Translations under genes and position numbers: made by a program
The notes under the pieces: model-generated
Told to the model about the DNA's origin: nothing
What the model saw: the letters and a program-made list of their open reading frames with translations, nothing else
The model's database searches: none
NCBI GenBank assembly: GCA_016722655.1
Contig: JADKIR010000004.1
Span: 1,595,183-1,659,182 of the forward strand
DNA: 64,000 nucleotides
Reading direction: 5' to 3'
Origin: Cytophagaceae bacterium
GTDB lineage: Bacteria > Bacteroidota > Bacteroidia > Cytophagales > Spirosomataceae
Shown here: positions 9,375-17,625 of the stretch, one piece after another
How positions within the stretch are numbered: the first letter of the stretch is position 1
Layout of the letters: each line of letters starts with the position of its first letter

Positions 9375-10361
9375 TTAAATAAGCTTATCTTTCAGACTCT
9401 CGAAGGCTTTGAGCAATGGGGCTTTTTTGTATAAAATCTGATATGAAAAATCAAGAATGGGCATGTTTACGCCCAGGTTTTTGTTGATTTCCTGAATGCT
9501 TTTTGTTGCAAAATACCCCTCGGCTATCATTTTCATCTCCATTTGGGCGGTGGAAACTGAGTAACCGCGGCCTATCATGTTGCCAAAGGTGCGGTTGCGG
9601 CTAAACTGCGAGTAAGCCGTAACGAGCAGGTCGCCGAGGTAGGCGGAGGCGTTGATTTGGCGTTGGAACGGTGAGATTTTGTCCACAAAACGCTCGATTT
9701 CGAGCATGGCGTTGGAAACCATCACGGCCTGGAAGTTGTCGCCGGCACCCAATCCATGCGTGATACCGCAGGCAAGGGCCACGATGTTTTTCATGACGGC
9801 GGCGTATTCGACCCCGTCGATATCGGTAGAAGGGGAGGTTTTGACGTAGCGGTTGGCCATCATGACGGCAAAAGCTTGGGCGGTGTCGATGCCTTCGGAG
9901 GCAATGGTGAGATATGACTGTTTTTCGAGAGCGATCTCCTCGGCGTGGCATGGTCCGGCGATGGCAGCAAGGTTTTTTTTGTCGATTTGGAATTGAGCCG
10001 AAAGCCAGTCTGTGACCAGTAAATTTTTTCCGGGAACTATCCCTTTAACCCCCGATACGACCTTTTTACCCATGAAGTTTTCGGGACCGAGCTCGGCCAA
10101 CGCCGACTCTACAAATGCCGCCGGGATGGCCAAAACTGCCCATTCGGTGCCTTTGAGAGCATCTTTGAGGCTGTGATAGGGCTTAACCTTTGAGGGGTGC
10201 AGCTCTATGCCACTGAGGTATTCGGGGTTATGATGGTGCTTTTTGATATGGTTGATGGCCTCGGTATTGCGGAGCCACCATTTGATTTTATGGTTATTGT
10301 CGGTAAGTATTTTGATGAGAGCGGTAGCCCAGCTGCCTCCCCCGATAACGGTTATGGTCAT
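9375..10361 (-). CDS. gpsA: NAD(P)H-dependent glycerol-3-phosphate dehydrogenase
   Basis: 328-aa ORF with MTITVIGGGSWATALIKIL and a typical GpsA core (AGPCHAEE, KNIVALACGI). Confidence 0.9.
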   Translation of the reverse strand: MTITVIGGGSWATALIKILTDNNHKIKWWLRNTEAINHIKKHHHNPEYLSGIELHPSKVKPYHSLKDALKGTEWAVLAIPAAFVESALAELGPENFMGKKVVSGVKGIVPGKNLLVTDWLSAQFQIDKKNLAAIAGPCHAEEIALEKQSYLTIASEGIDTAQAFAVMMANRYVKTSPSTDIDGVEYAAVMKNIVALACGITHGLGAGDNFQAVMVSNAMLEIERFVDKISPFQRQINASAYLGDLLVTAYSQFSRNRTFGNMIGRGYSVSTAQMEMKMIAEGYFATKSIQEINKNLGVNMPILDFSYQILYKKAPLLKAFESLKDKLI

Positions 10362-10442
10362 TTGATGAATCGTTTTTCGGGTGCAAATTTACGAAATTTA
10401 CTCCCCGATGATAATTATAATCTGAGTCCGGTTACATTGCAT

Positions 10443-13400
10443 TTATCTGAAATACAAGCCCAGACTTTCAAGGGTAGTTTTTTGGTCCGGAGTGATAAAA
10501 TACAGGAACTGGTCTTCACCCAAATAGAGCTTTTTAGGGATACGGGTACCAATGGCGGTGTTAACAGGTTTTATGATTTTTTCAAAAAACTCATCAAAGT
10601 CGCAATAGTATCCGTTTTCGCCCAGAAGAGGTATTTCAAAAGCCACTTTTTTGCCATAGATCATAAAACTTCCTTTTCTGATGATTTTCTCAGCCGGGCT
10701 CTCTTTTTGAAGTTCCAGGTCTTTGGTAGTATTGACCTTGTCGATGTTATCGAGGTATTGCTGCACCTGAATTTGATTCTCGCTGAGAAAAGACAGAAAC
10801 TCGGGTATTTTTTGATTTGTGACGTTTTCAAACAAAACCCTGACGTGGGTGTCTTCGTCAAACATGTCATTGGCAGTATATGAAGGAGCTTTTGCCCTAT
10901 ACATTTTTACGGCTTCATTGAGTTCTGCTTCTGTTTTAGCTTTGATTAATTTACTGACTGACAAAGTTTTAAACATATCCAGGATTTCTTTTTTGCCAGG
11001 TGTAGAGCCGGAATACGTTACCATTTTTACATTGAAATCATCGGTAGTAGCTGCAAAAAAGTATTTTGACTGATTGTCGTAATACTGCTGAATATTGGCT
11101 GGTAAGCCTTTGTCGGCCCGAAGTACATTGATAAATGACTGCGGAAAGTATATTTTTTCGAAATACATATCTTCAGTACCCGATTGCTCTTTTATTTGCC
11201 TGAAAGTAAATCCAATGCTGTAAAAATATTGATAGTATTCCTCGTCGTCAACTTTAAATTTGGCAATAAAATCATCAATGTTTTCCGGTGATTTTTCAAT
11301 GCTTGTAATTTTCAAAACAGAACCCGGCAGGAATTTTTCGACTGATTTTTTTAGAATATCCGAGATAAAATCCTCTTCTGTTTTTGTTACATAATCTTTG
11401 ATGTCAATCTCCACGTGGTCTTTGAGGTATTGGAAAACCTGCTGGGCATTTTCGAAATATTCGATTCCTGATGCCTCGATTTTTTCTATATCTGAATCTG
11501 CAATGAGGTCATTGGTTTTAAGGAAATTCAAAACGGTGTCTTTTTGGAGCATATTTGAAACTGCCTGCTCTACCACTTCTACTGCGGCTTGTTGTACGTC
11601 GGTTTCGATATAAAACCCTACTTTTTCCTGTAGTTCAGATATTTTTTCCGGTGACAACATTATCAGATGCGACTGGAATTTTTCATCCTTAAACATCCTG
11701 ATTTTCTTCTCGGCGTCACCCCAGGCTGCATTGATATTTCCAATTATTTGTGACGGATAGCCCGACAAACCCAAAGCCATATAGCTGTTGGGGTCATAAG
11801 TGAGCGAATCGAGATATTCGACGCCATTGGCTTTGAATCCATATTCTATATGAACAGGTTTTCCGGCTTCTTCTTTTGCTGCCTGATCAAAATTGTCATG
11901 TAGGGCTTCGGGTTGGAAACTATCACCGGCTTTTTGTTTGATGGCTTCGAAAGTGTTTCTTAGCTCCACCAAATCTTTGATTTCGGTAATGGCCGGAAGC
12001 TGACCTATGTAATCAGAAGATGACATGAGCGACCTGCTGATTAAAAGGTCTTTGTAGTTGTTTGATTTGGCACTGCGGTTGTCAAGAATTAACTGCCTAA
12101 GGTTAGCTCCTGCCGGAATATAAGCCATGCTTTGCAGATTTTCGGCGACACCCATGAGGGTCTCGATACTGTTGCTGCGGTCAAAATAGGCGGTATTTCC
12201 TACCATTTTTTTGATTCCGGCCATTTTGTTTTTAACGACTTCAAACTGGGCTTCGTCTAATAGCATCAGGGCTTTTTCTTCAAATGAGGGTTTAGGGAAA
12301 AGACTCATTTCGTTGCCTATCAGAAGTAAACGTTTTGGATGGCCGACGTCGGAAAGGTAGTCGTTAAATAGCTGGATATTAGGGTCTGAAATCCAGAAGT
12401 GTGATTTGATTTTATAGATTTGCTCCAGAAATTTTCCGAAAGTAGGGTTGTCGCTCACTACCGAGAAGTCCTCGAAGGTTCGTTTGTAAGTATCATTCCC
12501 GATTTTGATTTGCAAGTCATCCTGGCTGAAAGTCATGAAGTCATTGATGTTGAAACCGGGGATAAATTTATCAAGATTGATTTTTTCTTTTTTTACAATA
12601 TCATCGATAGGAATGGTGTTGAGGCTTATTTTATCAATCTTTAGCTCGGGAATCAACTGGCTGACAGCAGCTGCGAGTTTTTTGTAATAATCAAGCTTGC
12701 TCAGGCCCGTGAAATCAGACTTTTTCAAAATCACACTACCGGGGATTTTCTCAAGAATGCGGCTTTTTTCCAAAAGCTTGTAATCTTTTATCTGGCTTTT
12801 CAGGCTATTGGAATTTTGACCGGAGAGCAAGCCGGCATATTGCAGCGAGTCAATTTTTGACAATTGGCTTTTTCTAAAACTATCATAGTTTTCATAAAAG
12901 AGATTTCGGGCTGCTGCATAGAAGAATACGTTGAAGTCGCGGTAAATGTCCACTTCATCTTTTTCGAGCCAACGGAGGGCATCAGCCAAAACCAGGTCAG
13001 AAATCAAGCCGGCCGATTGCAGGCTTTTCATGGTGGAGATATAATATGGCCTTACTTTCTCATTGTTGTAGGTGTATTTGAGCGGGTTGTTCTGGTCATA
13101 TTGCAAATTTACATCGAAGCTCATTTTCGCACCAAAAATGGGCTTGAGCCTAAACTTTTCAGGCGATTTTTTCAGGTTTACTTTTTCGAAGTTTTTGGCC
13201 ATATCGAGATAGCCCAGAAAACCCAGCATGGCGGTTTTGTTCATGAGCAGGCTATCGACCGACTTAAGTATGCCGCCATAAATATCCAGCATACTTTTTT
13301 GTTCTTCTTTCAGGGTGACTTTTGAATCAAATATCGCAAGGGGTTGTCCATCAAGCAGATAGCCGTTTATTATCTTTTCTCCCTCGTCGTTGAGTATGTT

Positions 13401-13559
13401 TTCTTTCTTGAGAGTACTTACCATTTTTGCCATTTCGGCTCTGGTGTAGATTTTTTCGTGCTGGGTGATCTGGTCTGTCAGTGCCTGCATCTGTGGGAAC
13501 TGTGCTTTGGCGGCAATCCGGAGGCCCAAAATCAAAGCAATGAATATTATTTTTTTCAT
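10443..13559 (-). CDS. large secreted protein of unknown function (1038 aa)
   Basis: Long uninterrupted ORF with a signal peptide (MKKIIFIALILGLRIAAKAQ). I recognise no domain. A TATTTTTG -7-like box lies about 20 nt upstream of the ATG. Confidence 0.7.
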   Translation of the reverse strand: MKKIIFIALILGLRIAAKAQFPQMQALTDQITQHEKIYTRAEMAKMVSTLKKENILNDEGEKIINGYLLDGQPLAIFDSKVTLKEEQKSMLDIYGGILKSVDSLLMNKTAMLGFLGYLDMAKNFEKVNLKKSPEKFRLKPIFGAKMSFDVNLQYDQNNPLKYTYNNEKVRPYYISTMKSLQSAGLISDLVLADALRWLEKDEVDIYRDFNVFFYAAARNLFYENYDSFRKSQLSKIDSLQYAGLLSGQNSNSLKSQIKDYKLLEKSRILEKIPGSVILKKSDFTGLSKLDYYKKLAAAVSQLIPELKIDKISLNTIPIDDIVKKEKINLDKFIPGFNINDFMTFSQDDLQIKIGNDTYKRTFEDFSVVSDNPTFGKFLEQIYKIKSHFWISDPNIQLFNDYLSDVGHPKRLLLIGNEMSLFPKPSFEEKALMLLDEAQFEVVKNKMAGIKKMVGNTAYFDRSNSIETLMGVAENLQSMAYIPAGANLRQLILDNRSAKSNNYKDLLISRSLMSSSDYIGQLPAITEIKDLVELRNTFEAIKQKAGDSFQPEALHDNFDQAAKEEAGKPVHIEYGFKANGVEYLDSLTYDPNSYMALGLSGYPSQIIGNINAAWGDAEKKIRMFKDEKFQSHLIMLSPEKISELQEKVGFYIETDVQQAAVEVVEQAVSNMLQKDTVLNFLKTNDLIADSDIEKIEASGIEYFENAQQVFQYLKDHVEIDIKDYVTKTEEDFISDILKKSVEKFLPGSVLKITSIEKSPENIDDFIAKFKVDDEEYYQYFYSIGFTFRQIKEQSGTEDMYFEKIYFPQSFINVLRADKGLPANIQQYYDNQSKYFFAATTDDFNVKMVTYSGSTPGKKEILDMFKTLSVSKLIKAKTEAELNEAVKMYRAKAPSYTANDMFDEDTHVRVLFENVTNQKIPEFLSFLSENQIQVQQYLDNIDKVNTTKDLELQKESPAEKIIRKGSFMIYGKKVAFEIPLLGENGYYCDFDEFFEKIIKPVNTAIGTRIPKKLYLGEDQFLYFITPDQKTTLESLGLYFR

Positions 13560-13609
13560 GATATTTAAGATTTCCTCAAAAATAAGGGATTTTAAATAAG
13601 GTTATGCCT

Positions 13610-13646
13610 GAAAACCAAAAAAGCAGCGATTTTGGGTCGCTGCTTT
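13610..13646 (-). terminator. rho-independent terminator; left copy of a 37-nt direct repeat (36/37 identical to 17569-17605)
   Basis: gaaaaccaaaaaagcagcgattttgggtcgctgcttt. Stem agcagcga (13622-13629) pairs with tcgctgct (13637-13644). On the minus strand a U-run follows. Confidence 0.8.
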
Positions 13647-13675
13647 TCTTCTAATGAAATAATTTGCAATAATTA

Positions 13676-14149
13676 TCAGATCCCATTTTTTACCAATTTT
13701 CCATCTTCATATTTCCCGATTTCTGATTTCAAAATGGGAGAACTTGCTCCACCTTCAAGATAAATAATCAAAGTTTGCCAATTTTTAGGCACAAATTCAG
13801 TGTAAATCTTATAGTCTTTAAAGTTTCCAAGTCCAATATTTAATTCTTTGTCGTTTGAAAGCGTAACAATAAGCTTTATTGTACCTTCACCAGTTTTTGA
13901 ATTTTCTTTGATTTTTAGTGGGGTTGGCTCACTAACATTTATCATTTTTAAGTTCTCAAAAACGAGTACCGGGCTTCCATTGCTTTTTAAGGTATTGAGA
14001 TTCACATCCTCGATATAAATCTTAAAATCCTTAATTTCAATATTTTCATTGTTGTTGAAAATAAAATTTGGCTCCGATGTCGGCTCAATTAATTTTGAGC
14101 AGGAAGAAATTAAAATTAGTAATGGGAAAAATTTGGCAATTGTTTTCAT
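13676..14149 (-). CDS. hypothetical lipoprotein (157 aa)
   Basis: Signal peptide with a lipobox (LILISSC). AT-rich. No recognisable domain. Confidence 0.6.
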   Translation of the reverse strand: MKTIAKFFPLLILISSCSKLIEPTSEPNFIFNNNENIEIKDFKIYIEDVNLNTLKSNGSPVLVFENLKMINVSEPTPLKIKENSKTGEGTIKLIVTLSNDKELNIGLGNFKDYKIYTEFVPKNWQTLIIYLEGGASSPILKSEIGKYEDGKLVKNGI

Positions 14150-14230
14150 ATTGCAGAGATATAAAATTTTCTAATTATTTAAAATATAAGTTAATTGTAT
14201 AGAGTTTTTCTGAATTGTTTTCCGTAAAAA

Positions 14231-14707
14231 CTACCCCGCAACCATCGTATTTTTATCCTGATTTAATAGTGCTTCCCCATCCAAATAAATCAGATAATTG
14301 AGTTGTTTTTCAGGATTATAGAATTCAGGTAAAATTGATTTGAAAAAAAGATTATTGGTCGATTTTTGACCATTTGAATATTCCGATTGGGTATTGTTGA
14401 CACTATAATAGAAATAAGTTTTTAAGTTATCAATCGATAATTCTCCTTGTCTGGGTAAATTTTGACTTAATTTCTCTCCAAAATATAAGGTTGATCTGTT
14501 AAATATCAAGGTTGAGTCGGCTCCATTTTTAGCACCATTTTTTATCACAATTTTTGAAATATCAAAAGTCGTTTCTTCCAGATTTCTGATAAATTTTGGA
14601 TCCTTTTTTTCACAGGAAAACATATTCAAAAGCAATATTAAATATAAAAGGTTTTTCAAACTACTGTTAATTTTAAGCTTAATTATATTTTTTAAAACCT
14701 TTTCCAT
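14231..14707 (-). CDS. hypothetical lipoprotein (158 aa)
   Basis: Lipobox-like LLLNMFSC. AT-rich. Abuts the upstream gene, with its start at 14707 and that gene's stop at 14709. Confidence 0.55.
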   Translation of the reverse strand: MEKVLKNIIKLKINSSLKNLLYLILLLNMFSCEKKDPKFIRNLEETTFDISKIVIKNGAKNGADSTLIFNRSTLYFGEKLSQNLPRQGELSIDNLKTYFYYSVNNTQSEYSNGQKSTNNLFFKSILPEFYNPEKQLNYLIYLDGEALLNQDKNTMVAG

Positions 14708-14708
14708 A

Positions 14709-15299
14709 TCAATTTTTTAATATCGGACAAGTTAGCTTTAAAGAACTTATCAGTTCTGTATTTAATTTACTTTTATATATCGAAAAATTACCCCATATAG
14801 AAAAGTGGGCTGTAGTACAAAGATTTAAATTCAAATCACCATGGAAAACACCAGATGATTCTTTGTTAAATCTTCCTGACTCCATGGCATATTGCAAATT
14901 AGTGGGAGCGTTGGGGTCTATTAAATGTCTAATTCCACCATTTGAGTATTTTTGATAAAGTTGCAGCCCATAACCAAATCCGATATTTATTTTAGATTTA
15001 AAGACAGATTGATTAAGATTCAATACAAGTTTGGTTGAATTTATTTGATTTTCATTATTTACAAAATTGGGTACTACTTCTTCAGTTTTTATTGAGGATC
15101 TGGAATTTTGTATTTGAATACCTCCATAAGTGTTTTTTGCAATTTTTCTGTTGTAAGTACATCCAAAGGCATTTCCCCATAAATCTCCAGAGGTGAAGAA
15201 AGTTTTGCCAAATTGAAATTGGAAATTTCTTTCCTGGCCATTAGAAAATAAAGGGTTAAAAATCAAAACTATTAAAAGGGTATATAATACTTTCATCAT
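14709..15299 (-). CDS. hypothetical exported protein (196 aa), possibly a small beta-barrel
   Basis: Signal peptide MMKVLYTLLIVLIFNPLFSNGQ. Has alternating aromatic/Gly-rich segments. No C-terminal Phe. Confidence 0.55.
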   Translation of the reverse strand: MMKVLYTLLIVLIFNPLFSNGQERNFQFQFGKTFFTSGDLWGNAFGCTYNRKIAKNTYGGIQIQNSRSSIKTEEVVPNFVNNENQINSTKLVLNLNQSVFKSKINIGFGYGLQLYQKYSNGGIRHLIDPNAPTNLQYAMESGRFNKESSGVFHGDLNLNLCTTAHFSIWGNFSIYKSKLNTELISSLKLTCPILKN

Positions 15300-15324
15300 T
15301 ATTTCGATTCTTTTTTAATTAAAT

Positions 15325-15345
15325 GGGAGGGTATTAAACCCTCCC
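15325..15345 (-). other. strong intercistronic hairpin inside the island operon
   Basis: gggagggt (15325-15332), loop attaa, accctccc (15338-15345). This is a perfect 8-bp GC-rich stem between the 466-aa and 196-aa genes. Confidence 0.6.
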
Positions 15346-15353
15346 GTAATTTT

Positions 15354-16754
15354 TTATTCTTTTAGTTTAAATTTAAAAATTGTAGATTCGTAAATGGTAT
15401 CAAGTGGGTCCCAATAAAATACATCAGTGTCTGCAATTAAATCCTTGCCCGGATCACTTACAATTGAAAAACCTATGCCTGCTTTTATAGTACCAGCTGA
15501 ACTTGTTGACAAACCTAATTTATCTTCCCAACCTGCGTTTACTGTGAAAGTTCCATTATCATTCCAATCTTCCTCCCTCCAGTTGAACCTAAGAACAGTG
15601 TTAGCTGAACTCCAAGATGTCAAAAGAGGAACCGTATAAACCCAGTATTTATCTGTTATAGCATTTCTTGTAGAAGGTTCTAATTTTGGTGTTGTATATG
15701 ATACTCCAGTAGTTCCATTTGGAGAAACTACAACTCTTAATCTCATCTCTGGAGCACCAGAGGCCCATTTTTCCACCACCTTTAAAGCATCATCATTATT
15801 GAATTTCATACTTGTAACTTTTAGAGGGTCTCCATCTTTTCTGGGAGAAGCAGTTGAAGCAATTAAACTACTCCATGCTGAAGCTACACCTGAAACTATA
15901 CTTCTAATTTTGAAAAAATATTTTTGGCCAGCAGTTAAGTTTGTTACATATAAAAAATTTGTATTTGATGCGGTAGTAGAGAGCAAAGTAAATGCTGAAC
16001 CTGTGCTATAATATATTTCATAGGCACTTTCACCTGTAACATCAAGCCATGTTAAATAAAAACTATTTGGCGTTGTATGTTGCAAACCAAGACCGGTAGG
16101 TACGTTATAAACTCTCCCATTTGCGTTTTTCTTTTTTTTGTCGTTAGTTAATTCAATTCTTTCATTAAAACCGACTACTATCACTGGCTGGTCTGGATTT
16201 ACATTGTGATTAATTAAAGCTTTAATCTTACCTTTTCCATAACAAATTAAATAATCTTGGTTATGGTGGTCCAAAGCGGTAACCAATATTTTATGCTTTT
16301 CAACATCCCATTTTTCAATATTTATTGGAATTGAAATGTTTAGTTTGGGATAGGCTAGAATATATTTTTCAAGCCTTCCCCTGAATGATATATCGTCAGT
16401 TGAAATTAATTGCAAGAACCTAGAATTTTCGCTTACCAAACTTGATAAAATAATATCGAAATCACCATCCTTCTTAAGCAATGCATTTGATTTCAAAAGT
16501 TGTCTAAGTTCAACATTATCAAGATTTTCTGCGATATTTTTTGCAATATCATTTAACATGATATTTATTTCCGGTGTAAAATCTGAATTATTATTTATAG
16601 CCCTTAAAGATTTTTGATTATAAGGAATAACCGTGCTTGGAACCAAAAAGTCATCAGTTGTTTTTATATAATTTTGTGGAAGTTTTTCGTCATCATTTTT
16701 ACAAGAAAAAGTAATACTTGTTAAAATGGCAATTGACAATACAATTTTTTTCAT
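15354..16754 (-). CDS. hypothetical lipoprotein with a fibronectin type III-like domain (466 aa)
   Basis: Lipobox ILTSITFSC. The central segment PTGLGLQHTTPNSFYLTWLDVTGESAYEIYYSTG...LTAGQKYFFKIRSI has the Fn3 pattern. Confidence 0.65.
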   Translation of the reverse strand: MKKIVLSIAILTSITFSCKNDDEKLPQNYIKTTDDFLVPSTVIPYNQKSLRAINNNSDFTPEINIMLNDIAKNIAENLDNVELRQLLKSNALLKKDGDFDIILSSLVSENSRFLQLISTDDISFRGRLEKYILAYPKLNISIPINIEKWDVEKHKILVTALDHHNQDYLICYGKGKIKALINHNVNPDQPVIVVGFNERIELTNDKKKKNANGRVYNVPTGLGLQHTTPNSFYLTWLDVTGESAYEIYYSTGSAFTLLSTTASNTNFLYVTNLTAGQKYFFKIRSIVSGVASAWSSLIASTASPRKDGDPLKVTSMKFNNDDALKVVEKWASGAPEMRLRVVVSPNGTTGVSYTTPKLEPSTRNAITDKYWVYTVPLLTSWSSANTVLRFNWREEDWNDNGTFTVNAGWEDKLGLSTSSAGTIKAGIGFSIVSDPGKDLIADTDVFYWDPLDTIYESTIFKFKLKE

Positions 16755-16921
16755 AACTTTATGTGTTTAATTGTTAAAAATTAAATTTTCAAAGCCCTCT
16801 GTATCTGCCAGGATTTTTGGGGGCTTTGTTGTATCAAAGGTCTGAAAGGTTTTTGAGAAAAAAAATCGTCATTTGTCAAGAAAAAAATATACAAATGGCA
16901 ATGTATGTAGCTACATTATTC

Positions 16922-17521
16922 CTACTCTTTTTTGGTTTTTATAGCCTTCCCTCTTACACGACTGAGATTTGTGGCCGTGGTGTTGAGATAAGAGGCTATC
17001 ATATACAATGGTACTTTCTGGCTTAAACCGGGGTGCATGTTGTCGAGGTAAATAAGTCTGTCCTCTACTTTTCTAAGCTGATGCATACGGTTTCGATATT
17101 CGAGCTGTAAAAGATATTTACGGTAGATACTCAAAATGTGTGGGAATAATTCAGCGTTTTGACTTATTAACTTCTCAAACAGTGCTTTACTAATACTGCG
17201 TGCATTTACCTTTGTTTCTGCCCTGATATTGCTGTGTGAAGCTATTTGCAATTCAAAACTTTCGACCTGATAAATCCATTCATTTTCCGGAAGTATCCAA
17301 TAGGTTATTACTTTTTCAGATTCTGGTCCAGATTCAGATTCTGTGTCCGAAAATTCTCTCACTACACCGCTTTCAATAAAGTATATTTTGTCAGAGACTT
17401 CGCCTGTTTTTAGAAGATATTCATGTATGTCAAATTCTTGAATTTCAAATGATTGATCAATGATGTGTGACAATTCAGAAGAAATTGCAATGTGTTTTTT
17501 GAGATATTCTGTTAGCTGCAT
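16922..17521 (-). CDS. Crp/Fnr family transcriptional regulator (cNMP-binding domain plus C-terminal HTH)
   Basis: 199 aa. Has an IYFIESGVVREF beta-roll segment and a C-terminal IASYLNTTATNLSRVR HTH. The architecture matches the paralogue at 54589-55167. Confidence 0.75.
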   Translation of the reverse strand: MQLTEYLKKHIAISSELSHIIDQSFEIQEFDIHEYLLKTGEVSDKIYFIESGVVREFSDTESESGPESEKVITYWILPENEWIYQVESFELQIASHSNIRAETKVNARSISKALFEKLISQNAELFPHILSIYRKYLLQLEYRNRMHQLRKVEDRLIYLDNMHPGLSQKVPLYMIASYLNTTATNLSRVRGKAIKTKKE

Positions 17522-17568
17522 ATTTTGATTGTGCCTTTTATAATTTATGCAATTTAGAAAAAAATTCA

Positions 17569-17605
17569 GAAAACAAAAAAAGCAGCGATTTTGGGTCGCT
17601 GCTTT
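17569..17605 (-). terminator. rho-independent terminator of the TolC-adaptor operon; right copy of the 37-nt direct repeat
   Basis: gaaaacaaaaaaagcagcgattttgggtcgctgcttt. Stem 17581-17588 pairs with 17596-17603. Confidence 0.8.
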
Positions 17606-17625
17606 GGTATTTAGGCTTTCAGATT

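Noticed and set aside
10197-10883. 228-aa plus-strand ORF, along with the many other 60-190-aa ORFs antisense to long genes (for example 35723-36301, 6943-7362, 7353-7757, 8196-8594, 17657-18049 and 58345-58710).
   Set aside because: Each is fully embedded in, or antisense to, a long ORF with clear family identity. They have low-complexity or odd composition and no independent support.
16791-16830. Hairpin caaagccc...gggctttg between the Crp gene and the Fn3 lipoprotein gene, considered as a Crp terminator.
   Set aside because: The loop is about 24 nt and no U-run follows on the transcribed strand. It cannot be told apart from a chance stem.
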